The notes: generated by a model from the sequence alone, not told the origin. Positions 21,288 to 30,832 are shown, counted from the stretch's first letter. The stretch is DNA of 64,000 bases from an uncultured Spirochaetota bacterium (GCA_963734495.1 CAVTHK010000011.1:544001-608000); one strand, 5' to 3'. Numbers and translations: made by a program.

Positions 21288-22422
21288 CCCGTCGAGCCCC
21301 GCCGCGGGAACCGCGGTCGGGCGCGGGCCCGCGGCCGCGCGAGAGCATCCCGGTGGTCCCGCGCGCGCCTACGCGTGGATCGGCCGGAACTGGGCATTCC
21401 TCTTCCTGCTGCTCGAGGTCGTGATCTTCGGCGTTCTCGGGAGGCGGTTCTTCGGGCTCGAGAACCTTCAGAATATCCTGGTCGCTTCCACGGCGGTGCT
21501 CCTGATGGCCGTCGGCGAGACCTTCGTGATCATCACGGGCGGGATCGACCTCTCCGTGGGGTTCGTGATGGGCTTCGCCGCCGTGAACTGCGCCAAGGCC
21601 ATCGTGTTCTTCGAGTCGATCGGCGTCCCCGACGGAGGCGCGATCCTCCTCGGCTCGAGCGCGGCGCTCCTTGTCGGGCTGATCCCCGGGCTGGTCAACG
21701 GGACGCTGATCGCCCGCCTGAGCGTGCCGCCCTTCCTCGCGACGTTCGGCATGTACGGCATCGCTTACGGCTTTTCGGAGATCCTCTCGAAGAACACGCC
21801 GATCTCGGTGCTGTCGCCGCTCGCCGGGCTCATCGGCAACGAGTACATGCTCTACGTGCTTCCGGGCAGGGGGCTGTGGCTCTTCTCCAGGCCCGCCGAC
21901 CTGGCGCCGCTGGAGCTGCGCAGGCTGGTCCCGCTGTTCCCGAACATCGTCGTGATCAGCCTGGTCTTTGTCGGCATCTTCGCCTTCGTGCTCGCTCGCA
22001 CGCGCTTCGGGCAGCACACGTACGCCATCGGCGGCAGCCAGGACGCGGCCCTGCGGGCGGGCATCGACGTGCGACGGCACCTGACGCGCATCTATATGCT
22101 GTCGTCGTTCTTCGCGTCGCTGTCCGGGGTCATGTTCGTCCTCAAGTACGTCACCGGCAGGGCCGACGCGGGCAGCGCCCGCATGCTCGACGCTGTCGTC
22201 GCGGTCGTCGTCGGCGGCGCCAGCCTGTACGGCGGCACGGGCAGGATTCGCGGGACGCTGATCGGCGCATTGATCATCGCCACCCTGGAGACGGGGATGG
22301 TGAACCTGAGCGTCCCTTCGCACAACCGCTACATCGCCATCGGTGTGATCCTGGTCATCGCGGTGCTGATCGACCAGTTCTTTCCGGAGCTCGGCCGCAA
22401 GGGGAATAACGGAGGGCGCTGA
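21280..22422 (+). CDS. Sugar ABC permease (RbsC-like)
   Basis: 'GGIDLSVG', 'PPFLATFG', 'VVGGASLYGG'. Confidence 0.9.
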   Translation: MSSPSSPAAGTAVGRGPAAAREHPGGPARAYAWIGRNWAFLFLLLEVVIFGVLGRRFFGLENLQNILVASTAVLLMAVGETFVIITGGIDLSVGFVMGFAAVNCAKAIVFFESIGVPDGGAILLGSSAALLVGLIPGLVNGTLIARLSVPPFLATFGMYGIAYGFSEILSKNTPISVLSPLAGLIGNEYMLYVLPGRGLWLFSRPADLAPLELRRLVPLFPNIVVISLVFVGIFAFVLARTRFGQHTYAIGGSQDAALRAGIDVRRHLTRIYMLSSFFASLSGVMFVLKYVTGRADAGSARMLDAVVAVVVGGASLYGGTGRIRGTLIGALIIATLETGMVNLSVPSHNRYIAIGVILVIAVLIDQFFPELGRKGNNGGR

Positions 22423-22423
22423 C

Positions 22424-23188
22424 ATGGAACCGACGCTGCGAGTGCGCGGCCTGACCAAACGGTTCGGCGGCCTGACCGCGGTGGACCGCGTGGACCTGGA
22501 AGTGTTCCCCGGCGAGGTCGTCGGCCTGCTCGGCGACAACGGGGCCGGCAAGTCCACGCTCATCAAGATGATCTCCGGCGTCTACCGCCCCGACGAAGGC
22601 GAGATCTTCTTCGAAGGAAAGGAGACAAAGCTGGGCAGTCCGATGAACGCCCTCGAGCTCGGCATCGAGACCCTGTACCAGGACCTGGCCCTGGCGGAGA
22701 ACCTGAACGTCTACTCCAACATCTTTCTCGGACGGGAGAAGACCAGGCCCTTCCTCGGCGTCATCCCGGTGCTCGACCACGACGCGATGCACGCCGAGGC
22801 GAGCAAGGTTCTGAGGCGCCTGGACATCGAGATTCCGTCCCTCCTCAGCCGCATCAAGACGCTCTCGGGCGGCCAGAGGCAGGCCGTGGCCATCTCGCGC
22901 TCGATCTACTGGAACGCCCGGCTCCTGATCATGGACGAGCCCACGGCGGCCCTGGGGGTGGCCGAGCAGAAGAAGGTGCTGGACCTGGTCCGCACCCTGC
23001 GCGCTCAGAGCATCCCGGTGATCATCATCAGCCACCAGCTCTACGACATCTTCTCGGTCTGCGACCGGCTGGTCATCATGAGGCGGGGCGAGAAGGTGGC
23101 GGAGCGGCGGACAAAGGAGACGACGCCGGACGAGGTCGTCGGCTTGATCATCGGATCGGACCTGGCGGAGCGGATCGGCCGAAGCTGA
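22424..23188 (+). CDS. Sugar ABC ATP-binding protein (single NBD)
   Basis: 'GDNGAGKS', 'LSGGQRQ', 'MDEPTAALG'. Confidence 0.92.
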   Translation: MEPTLRVRGLTKRFGGLTAVDRVDLEVFPGEVVGLLGDNGAGKSTLIKMISGVYRPDEGEIFFEGKETKLGSPMNALELGIETLYQDLALAENLNVYSNIFLGREKTRPFLGVIPVLDHDAMHAEASKVLRRLDIEIPSLLSRIKTLSGGQRQAVAISRSIYWNARLLIMDEPTAALGVAEQKKVLDLVRTLRAQSIPVIIISHQLYDIFSVCDRLVIMRRGEKVAERRTKETTPDEVVGLIIGSDLAERIGRS

Positions 23189-23203
23189 GCCGGAGGCGCC
23201 GGA

Positions 23204-23560
23204 CTACTCCTCGACGCTTTCGAGGCGGACTTCGATCCGGTCCCAGAGCTTCTGGAGGTTCTCGAGCGATCTGCGCTGCCACTGCAGCGCCCGGTTGCCG
23301 ATGAGGGTCACCGGGGCCCGGTCCATCTTCTTGACGGTCAGCAGGAATTCGCACAGCGTGCTGATCCCCGAGCTGTTGAGGAACTCCAGCCCCGTGAAAT
23401 CGAGCTCCAGGCGGGGCACGCCCGTGTCGTAGGCCGTCAGCAGGAAGTCGCGGATCCTGCCGTACTCCTGCCGGTGCCAGAGCCGAAGCGAGCCTTCGAA
23501 CGAGACTCTGCCCTGTTCATGGTCGAACGAGATCTCGTAGTCTTCGTCGCGGAGCCTCAC
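23204..23560 (-). CDS. STAS-like anti-anti-sigma-type protein (Slr1659/SiaC-like)
   Basis: 'LDFTGLEFLNSSGI' phosphoacceptor motif; C-terminal 'WQRRSLENLQKL'. Confidence 0.75.
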   Translation of the reverse strand: MRLRDEDYEISFDHEQGRVSFEGSLRLWHRQEYGRIRDFLLTAYDTGVPRLELDFTGLEFLNSSGISTLCEFLLTVKKMDRAPVTLIGNRALQWQRRSLENLQKLWDRIEVRLESVEE

Positions 23561-24165
23561 CCGAGGGCCTCCTCCGGAATCAGTCTGACCTGGACGGAGA
23601 CGTTGCCCGTCCCGCGTCCGCCTCCCGGCATGAGCTTCACGCCCAGGCCGACGCGGAAATCATGGACAAGGGTCAGCAGTCCCAGCCGGGACGCGTCTTC
23701 GGGCCGCATCTCCCTCTGAATCGTCTGCAGGTACAGCGCCTCGATGTCCGGGGCGCCGGCCAGGTCCTTGGCCAGCTCCACGAATTGCGCGGCCTGTGTC
23801 TCCCGGGCGGAATTGTCGACCTGCACCACGACCTCGTCGCGCAGCCCGAAAAGGGCGATCTCTATGGCCGAACTCGCCGGCTGCGAGAACTTGACCGCGT
23901 TCTCCACCATCTCATTGAGGATCGTGGAGAGGCTGTTCCGCATGGACCTGGTGTACCGGTACTTGCGCGCGAAGAATCCGGCCACGAAATCCGCGGTCAA
24001 GCCGCAGAGCTGCCAGTGCTCGGCGAGATCCTGCGCGAGGACCGACAGGCGGATGATGCACCGCGACACGGAGGGGGTCTGCCGGTAGGTCCCGGCGACG
24101 GCCAGCGCCTGCGCGGTCGGCAGGCTCCCCCGGGGGCGACGCTTTCCCTTGCTTCGCGTATCCAT
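23557..24165 (-). CDS. HATPase-fold Ser/Thr kinase (Slr1658/SiaB-like)
   Basis: 'WQLCGLTADF', N-box 'NEMVENAVKF', 'SRLGLLTL'. Confidence 0.75.
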   Translation of the reverse strand: MDTRSKGKRRPRGSLPTAQALAVAGTYRQTPSVSRCIIRLSVLAQDLAEHWQLCGLTADFVAGFFARKYRYTRSMRNSLSTILNEMVENAVKFSQPASSAIEIALFGLRDEVVVQVDNSARETQAAQFVELAKDLAGAPDIEALYLQTIQREMRPEDASRLGLLTLVHDFRVGLGVKLMPGGGRGTGNVSVQVRLIPEEALG

Positions 24166-24168
24166 GGG

Positions 24169-24831
24169 CTACTCGCGCGCCACCGCGTTGCGCCCGGCCC
24201 ACTTGGCCCGGTAGAGCGCCGTGTCCGCGCGCTGGGTGACCGACTCCACGTTGTCGCCGGGCCCGATTCCGGTCACCCCGAAGCTGCACGTGATGCGCCC
24301 GACCCTCTTGAACGGATGCTCTTCGACGGTCGCGCGGATCCGCTCCGCCAGCCTCTGGGTGTCGTCGCCGTCGGCGGCGGTGAGAATCACGAACTCCTCG
24401 CCGCCCCATCGGGCAAAGATGTCGTCCTGCCGGATGGCGCCGCGGACCACCATGATGAGCTCCACCAGGACGTCGTCGCCCGCCCGGTGGCCGTACTGGT
24501 CGTTGACCTGCTTGAACCGATCGATGTCGAACATGATGAGCGATGTTGCCGCCGGAGGACTGCTGCGCCGTTCGAGGTTGCGGTTGAGCGTGTCGTGGAA
24601 CTTGAGCCGGTTGAAGATCCCGGTCAGCGGGTCGGTGGTCGCCTGAACCGTGGCGACCCGCACCCTCCGGTCAAGCTCGTTCTCGATCAACGTGCCGTGC
24701 TCGACGGTGTTCTGGTAGACGAGCCGCAGCTCGTCGATCTCTTGCCTGAGACGGGCGATCTCCGCTTCCAGACGCTGCACTCGAGCCCGCTCCTGCTGCA
24801 GCTCCATCTGGACATTCTCGATATCCTGCAT
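24169..24831 (-). CDS. Diguanylate cyclase with N-terminal coiled coil
   Basis: 'TDPLTGIFNR', 'DIDRFKQVND', RxxD I-site 'RQDD', active site GGEEF. Confidence 0.92.
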   Translation of the reverse strand: MQDIENVQMELQQERARVQRLEAEIARLRQEIDELRLVYQNTVEHGTLIENELDRRVRVATVQATTDPLTGIFNRLKFHDTLNRNLERRSSPPAATSLIMFDIDRFKQVNDQYGHRAGDDVLVELIMVVRGAIRQDDIFARWGGEEFVILTAADGDDTQRLAERIRATVEEHPFKRVGRITCSFGVTGIGPGDNVESVTQRADTALYRAKWAGRNAVARE

Positions 24832-24900
24832 CTCCGTCCGGCAAGTCTCCCGCTACTGCGACCCGGCGAGAGGGCTCCAGCCGCCCGTATGGCCGCCGAT

Positions 24901-24928
24901 ATTATACAATATAGGCGCACGCGGTCAA
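24901..24928 (-). promoter_or_regulatory. Sigma-70-type promoter for the DGC-kinase-STAS operon
   Basis: Minus strand TTGACC-N16-TATAAT. Confidence 0.55.
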
Positions 24929-25079
24929 GGCGGAGGCCATTCCGGAGCATCCCGGGGCCGAAAGAGGGCATCCGGAGCGCTCCGTCGTCGTTGTGTCCGG
25001 GCGACTCGGGGGGCCGGCAGGCTTCCCACCGCCGCGACCGAACGCCGGCAGGCCGCAGGCGCCGGGTGGGGAAGGGTCG

Positions 25080-26564
25080 ATGGCCGAATCGAGCGGCGTG
25101 AAACAGAAAGTCCAGCCGCACGCAACGTTCGAGAGCACGGTCCGGGACCTCATCGGCCAGAATCGGCTGAGGTTCCCGTCCGTGCTCGAGCGGGTCTTCC
25201 GGGCGGACTACTACGAAAAATACGGCGCGATGACCCGGATTGCTCTGGGGATGGCGTTCGCCTTGTACTCGACCTTCGGGCTCCTCGACCGCTTCCTCGC
25301 TCCGGAGGTCTACCGCACCATCTGGCTGATCCGCTTCGGCATCGTCGATCCCATCATGGTCGTCGTCATGGTGCTCAGCTTCTTCCCGTTCTTCCGGTCG
25401 ATCGCGCAGGGGGTCCTGAGCGTGGCCACGCTGCTCGCGGGGCTCGGCATCGTGGCGATGATCATCGTCCTCGGCAACTCGCAGGCCTCCCTCTCGTACT
25501 ACGCCGGCCTGATCCTTGTCCTGATGTGGCTGTACACGTTCCCTCGCATCCGCTTCGGCTACGCCACCCTGGTCGGCTGGCTGATCGTGGTCGCGTACGA
25601 GCTCGTGGCCGTGGTGCATCAGAAGATGCTGGTCGACCCGCGGACGATCGGCATGTTCGTAAACAACAACTTCTTCTTCATCGGCGCCAGCGTCATGGGC
25701 ACGATCGTGAACTACCTGATGGAGGTCTCGGCCCGCCGGGAGTTCCTCCAGACCCAGCTCATCGCCGAGGAACAGGTCCTGCTGGAACGGGAGCGGAACG
25801 AGCTGCGGGACCGCAACACCATGATCAAGCGCGAGCTGGAAATGGCGAGGGCCGTCCAGCAGTCGCTGATACCGCGGGAGTTCCCGTCGGAGTACCTGCA
25901 CGCGATCTACCGCCCGATGGAGGAGGTGGGCGGCGACTACTTCGACATCTTCCGTCTCGACGGCGGACGCAAGATCGGGATCTTCGTGAGCGACGTCTCC
26001 GGCCACGGCGTTCCGGCCGCGCTGATCGCGGCGACGATCAAGGCCGTGCTCTCCGAATCCAGGCGGCTGCAGCAGTCGCCTGGCCGCCTGATGATGCACC
26101 TCAACGACGTGATTTCCCGCCAAACCGAGCACTACTTCGTCACCGCCTTCTACGGGATCTACGACATCGAGGGAAAATCATTCACATGGACCAACGCGGG
26201 ACATCCCCTGCCGCTCCTCTGCCATGGAGGCGCGGTCAGGGAGGTGGTCGCCCCCAAGACGCACGTGCCGCTGGGATTCCTCCCCAACTCGGAGCTGAGC
26301 GAAAAGGGCGAGACCTACGGCGAGTCCCGTATTCGCCTGACGGCCGGGAGCAGGCTCATTCTGTTCACCGACGGCCTCGTCGAAGCCACGCCCAAGGGCG
26401 ACCGGTCCACGCAGTTCGGAGACGTGATCGCCCGCACTGTGGTGCGTCTGGCCGCTCTGGCGCCCAAGGAGTTTCTGCAGGAGCTTCTGAAGGCCGTGAC
26501 CGAGTTCTGCGGCGGGGACGACTTCGCCGACGACATCTGCGCCATCTGCCTCGACATCAAGTGA
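25080..26564 (+). CDS. Membrane-sensor PP2C (SpoIIE-type) phosphatase
   Basis: About 6-7 TMs including 'SYYAGLILV'; 'VGGDYFD', 'DVSGHG', 'FTDGL', 'DDI'. Confidence 0.9.
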   Translation: MAESSGVKQKVQPHATFESTVRDLIGQNRLRFPSVLERVFRADYYEKYGAMTRIALGMAFALYSTFGLLDRFLAPEVYRTIWLIRFGIVDPIMVVVMVLSFFPFFRSIAQGVLSVATLLAGLGIVAMIIVLGNSQASLSYYAGLILVLMWLYTFPRIRFGYATLVGWLIVVAYELVAVVHQKMLVDPRTIGMFVNNNFFFIGASVMGTIVNYLMEVSARREFLQTQLIAEEQVLLERERNELRDRNTMIKRELEMARAVQQSLIPREFPSEYLHAIYRPMEEVGGDYFDIFRLDGGRKIGIFVSDVSGHGVPAALIAATIKAVLSESRRLQQSPGRLMMHLNDVISRQTEHYFVTAFYGIYDIEGKSFTWTNAGHPLPLLCHGGAVREVVAPKTHVPLGFLPNSELSEKGETYGESRIRLTAGSRLILFTDGLVEATPKGDRSTQFGDVIARTVVRLAALAPKEFLQELLKAVTEFCGGDDFADDICAICLDIK

Positions 26565-26684
26565 AAACGGCCTGCTTCCGGCCGTCGCCGTCGATTTCGT
26601 CCTCGTCTCTGAATCGGTCCTGTGGTAGGATGTGAAGGGTGACTGCGGGAACCCGCTGCGCAGGCTGCATAGGCAGGTGAAACA

Positions 26685-27179
26685 GTGACCAAGACATTCA
26701 CCCTGACGGTCGAGCCGCGATGGGAGGCCGTGGACGATGCCAGGCGCAAGAGCATCGGCTTCCTGGACGCGGGCCGCGTCTCCGCCGAGAGGATCCAGGC
26801 GCTGAGCATGGTCGTGTGCGAGCTCCTCGAAAACGGGCTCAAGTACGGCCACTTTCGATCGGATGAGGACAAGCTGACTCTGGAGATCACTCTCAGCCCG
26901 GAGGACGCCACGGTCGAGGTTCTGAATCCTTTCGACGAGGCGGCGCGCAAACATCTGCGGAGGCTGGACCAGACCGTGCAGTGGATCCGGGGATACCAGG
27001 ATCCTTTCCAGGCGTACATCGAGAAGCTCAAGGAAGTGGCCAAGAAGCCGCTGGACGACCAGGAGAGCGGGCTCGGTCTGGTCCGCATCGCTTACGAGGG
27101 CAGGGCCATTCTCGATTTCTTCGTCCCGGAGGACGGCATCCTGAACGTCTCGGCCGTCGCCAGGTTCGGGCAGGAGTAG
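26685..27179 (+). CDS. HATPase-fold Ser/Thr kinase (anti-sigma/SiaB-like)
   Basis: N-box 'ELLENGLKYG', G-box 'SGLGLVRIAYE'. Confidence 0.8.
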   Translation: MTKTFTLTVEPRWEAVDDARRKSIGFLDAGRVSAERIQALSMVVCELLENGLKYGHFRSDEDKLTLEITLSPEDATVEVLNPFDEAARKHLRRLDQTVQWIRGYQDPFQAYIEKLKEVAKKPLDDQESGLGLVRIAYEGRAILDFFVPEDGILNVSAVARFGQE

Positions 27180-27183
27180 CACC

Positions 27184-27555
27184 GTGGAATCGACCATATC
27201 CCATACGAGCGAAGATCTGACCATCACGCTGTCGGAGAACGAGGCGGTCGTGCTCAAGTGGCTCGGGCGCAGCATGATGAGGAACCCGGGCGGGTTCGTC
27301 ACTCCGATCCTGCTGGACGGGCTCAACGCCTCCACGCGGGCTCAGAAGCGCCTCGTGCTGGACTTTACCGAGCTCGAGTACATGAATTCCTCGACGATCA
27401 CCCCCGTCATCAAGATCCTGGAGAGGGTCCGCCGGGGCAGGAACGAGCTCACGGTGGTCTACAATCGATCCCTGCAGTGGCAGGAGCTGTCCTTCTCGGC
27501 GCTCCGCATCTTCCAGACGGCCGATGGCCGGGTCGCCATCAAGGGAAACGGTTGA
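27184..27555 (+). CDS. STAS/SiaC-like protein
   Basis: 'LDFTELEYMNSSTI'; 'LQWQELSF'. Confidence 0.75.
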   Translation: MESTISHTSEDLTITLSENEAVVLKWLGRSMMRNPGGFVTPILLDGLNASTRAQKRLVLDFTELEYMNSSTITPVIKILERVRRGRNELTVVYNRSLQWQELSFSALRIFQTADGRVAIKGNG

Positions 27556-28962
27556 TGAGCCAGGAATGCCCGGGAATCCAGGCCTGGGTCGAGGAAGAAG
27601 GGCGGAGAGTCGCGATCGAGGCTCGCCACGCCTCGCGATACTCGCTCTGGGTGCGATTCCTAGGCAAGGGCGCCCGCAGAAACGGAAGCGAATTCTCCCG
27701 GCTGTTCCTCACGGTCCAGGGCGAGGAGTTCGAGTTCGGAAGGTGCCGCCTGGTGACTGAGCCCAACATCGAGGGCTACGCGGGGCGGCTCGTGCTGATC
27801 GAGGAATTCAACGACTTCGAGAGCCTGCTCTTCCGCAGGCGAGTCGACCGGCTGCAGAGCCCGTTCATGAACCTCCCGCTCCTGCTCGACCACAAGCGCC
27901 AGATCGCGCCCGAGTTCAGGGACTACGCTGCCGGTCTCACCTATGACCTCAACGTGTACAAGAGCCTGTTCGACGCGGTGGACGCGAAGCTCGACGGCGA
28001 GCCTGCCCACGTGCGGGCCGTCATCGAACGCGGCGTCATCGCGAACGAGGGCGCGCAGTTCCACGATTTCATGAGTGACCGGCATGAGGAGCTCAACCGC
28101 ATCGTCGCGGACTTCAGCGACGAAGACCACGAGCGTCACGGCTTCTACCTGAGGCGCCAGCTCTGGAGCATCATCATGTGCTCCCCTTTCATGGCCCGGA
28201 CCAATCTCAAGCCGCGGGGCTATGCCGGGGACTCCGAGATGATGACGATGATCTACAAGAACGAATACAGCGGCGACTCGACCTTCGCCAAGGTGCTGAA
28301 CAAGTTCCCCCTGGGCGCGCCCGCCGCGCAGGCGGTGCGCAACCGGCGCGGGATCGTCGCCGAGGCGCTGCGGAGCTTCCGCGCCGAGGTCGCCGCCGAG
28401 CGCCGCTCGAGGCCGCTGCGCGTGCTGTCCGTCGCCTGCGGCCCCGCCTGGGAGATCACCGACATCGTCCGAGCGGCCGCCGACGCACAGAACATCCACT
28501 TCACCATGTTCGATCAGGACCAGTACGCGCTCATGGAGGTCGCATCGCGGGTCGCCGAGACCGAGCGCCGCCTGGACGTCGCGCTTTCCGTGGACTACCT
28601 GAGGGAGTCCGTGCGCACGGTCCTGGTGACCCGCGAGCTCGAGGCGAAGTGGGGAAGGTACGACTTTGTCTACTCCATGGGGCTGTTCGACTACCTCACG
28701 CCCTCCCGTCGCGCGCGCGGTGCTGGTCCGGCTGTACCGGCTGCTCGAGCCAGACGGCCGGATGGTCATCGGCAATTTCCGCGTGGGCAGCCCGGGCCGG
28801 AACTTCATGGGATACTGGCTCGACTGGGTGATCTACTATCGCAGCGAAGAGGACTTCAAGGAGCTGGCGCAGGCGCTGCCCGGAGCGCAGTCGCGGATCG
28901 AGTTCGACAGCACGGGCGTCCAGATGCTCCTGCACGTGACCAAGCCGTCGGGTACCGGCTGA
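27555..28962 (+). CDS. Class I SAM-dependent methyltransferase, PhcB-like (putative fatty-acid methyl-ester signal synthase), with an apparent +1 frameshift near 28703
   Basis: 'KPRGYAGDSEMM', 'AVRNR', SAM motif 'VLSVACGPA', 'DFVYSMGLFDYL'; the C-terminus 'GNF...WLDWVIYYRSEE' continues in the +1 frame. Confidence 0.75.
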
Positions 28963-28981
28963 CGGGCCCGCGAGGTTGCGA

Positions 28982-30384
28982 ATGAGCGAAAGGTTCTGGC
29001 CGGGACGACGGGCGGGCAGGGGCGGCGAAGGCGGGCCCACGGAGGCCGACGTCGCGTCGTTCACCTACGGCTCCGGCGACCTGGACCTCTATATCAACGC
29101 GATCGTCCACGATTCGCTGCGCACTCTCGCCATGCTCGGCATCGTCCTGGTGCCGATGTTCTTCCTGCTCGACTACTTCATGATGCCGCCGCAGCTCCTG
29201 GCCCGATTCGGGATCTACCGGCTGGCCTCCACGGTCATAGCCCTCGTCCAGTTCGTCATCGTCCGCAACACGCGGCCGGGACGCTGGTCCTACGTCCACG
29301 CCCACTTCATCTCCCTGCAGGTCGCCTTCAGCATCACGTTGATGACCATCGACCTGGGCGGGTTCGACTCGAGCTACTACGCGGGGCTCAACCTGGTGAT
29401 CATCGGGGTCAACCTCCTGCTGCCCTGGCGCGCGGTGCACTCCACGTCCAACTGCGCTGGCGATCATCGCCATGTACGTCGCCCTGAACCTGGTATCTCC
29501 CCACAAGCTACGCCGCGACCGCGCTGATGAACAACCTGTTCTTCCTCTGCAGCACCGCGGTCATCGCCATCAGCATCGGTCACGTCAGGCACCGGCTCAT
29601 CCGCAACGAGTTCCTGCTGCTGGTCGAGCTCAAGCGGGCCCGCGACGCGCTCTCCAGCGAGATGGATCTGGCCAAGCGCATCCAGACGGCGCTGCTGCCC
29701 CGCAGGGTGACCATGCCGGGCTACGAGGTCGCCGCGACCATGGTCCCCGCCAAGGAGGTCGGCGGCGACTACTACGACGTCATCGAGACCACGCGGGGGA
29801 CCGCGTGGGTCGCCATGGGCGATGTTTCGGGCCACGGAGTCGATTCGGGGCTCGTCATGATGATGGCGCAGACCAGCATCATCGCGGCGCTCGACGCCGA
29901 CAAGACCTCCGGCCCGTCTTCCGTGCTCGCGTCCGTCAACCGGGTGATCCGCGAGAACGTGGCGCGGCTGGGCTCGGAGCACTACATGACCGTCACCCTT
30001 TTGCGGCTCGACGGCGGGACGGTCACCGCGGCCGGCAAGCACCAGGACATCCTGGTCTACCGGGCGGCCGAGCAGCGCTCGGAGGTGATCCCCTCGGCCG
30101 GCACCTGGATCGGCATCGCCGACGACATCGCCGGATACCTGAGCGATTCGTCCTTCGATATGGGTCCGGGCGACGTGCTGCTGCTGTTCACCGACGGGAT
30201 CACCGAAGCGATGAACGACCAGCGCGAGATGTACGGCCAGGAGAGGCTCCAGCTGAGCCTGGATCGGTACGCGCACCTGCCGGTGGCGGGCATCGTGGAG
30301 CGGCTGATGGACGACGTGCGCGCGTTCCGCTCCGAGCAGCTGGATGACATGACTCTGGTGGTGATCAGGAGAATCGCGCAGTAG
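28982..30384 (+). CDS. Membrane-sensor (PhcS-like) PP2C phosphatase, with two apparent +1 frameshifts (about 29456 and 29506)
   Basis: TM sensor with 'SSYYAGLNLVIIGVNLLLPW' and 'NNLFFL'; PP2C motifs 'VGGDYYD', 'DVSGHG', 'FTDGITE', 'DDMT'. Confidence 0.8.
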
Positions 30385-30445
30385 AGAGGCGCCCGCCCTC
30401 GACGGCGGGCGCCGGCTCGGTTACATTGTCGGCGAAGGGGGGGCC

Positions 30446-30814
30446 GTGCCCGACCGGAATCTGGAGAGAAACAACCTCATCTATTATCTCAAGGTATCGG
30501 ACGTGTCGACGGGTCGCCGGCTTGGCTATCTGGCCGACATCAGCACGGCCGGGCTCATGCTCATGACGGACGACCCGCTGCCCGCGGACGTGGCTTACAG
30601 GCTCAGGATCGAGCCTCCCCACGCGCGCCAGGGAGAAGCGATCGCGGTCTCCGCCGTCACGAAATGGTCCGACAAGGACAAGCATTCCGCCTTCTACAAG
30701 ACGGGGTTCGAGCTCAAGGACACTTCGGCCGCCGAGCTCAAGTCGATCAAGCGCCTGATCAAGGAGTTCCTCTACGAGGAGCCCGAGGAGGACGCGGAGC
30801 TGCCCGCCGACTGA
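30446..30814 (+). CDS. PilZ-domain protein
   Basis: RxxxR ('RNLER') and DxSxxG ('DISTAG') c-di-GMP-binding motifs. Confidence 0.8.
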   Translation: MPDRNLERNNLIYYLKVSDVSTGRRLGYLADISTAGLMLMTDDPLPADVAYRLRIEPPHARQGEAIAVSAVTKWSDKDKHSAFYKTGFELKDTSAAELKSIKRLIKEFLYEEPEEDAELPAD

Positions 30815-30832
30815 CGCGGCTCCGGGCCCGGG

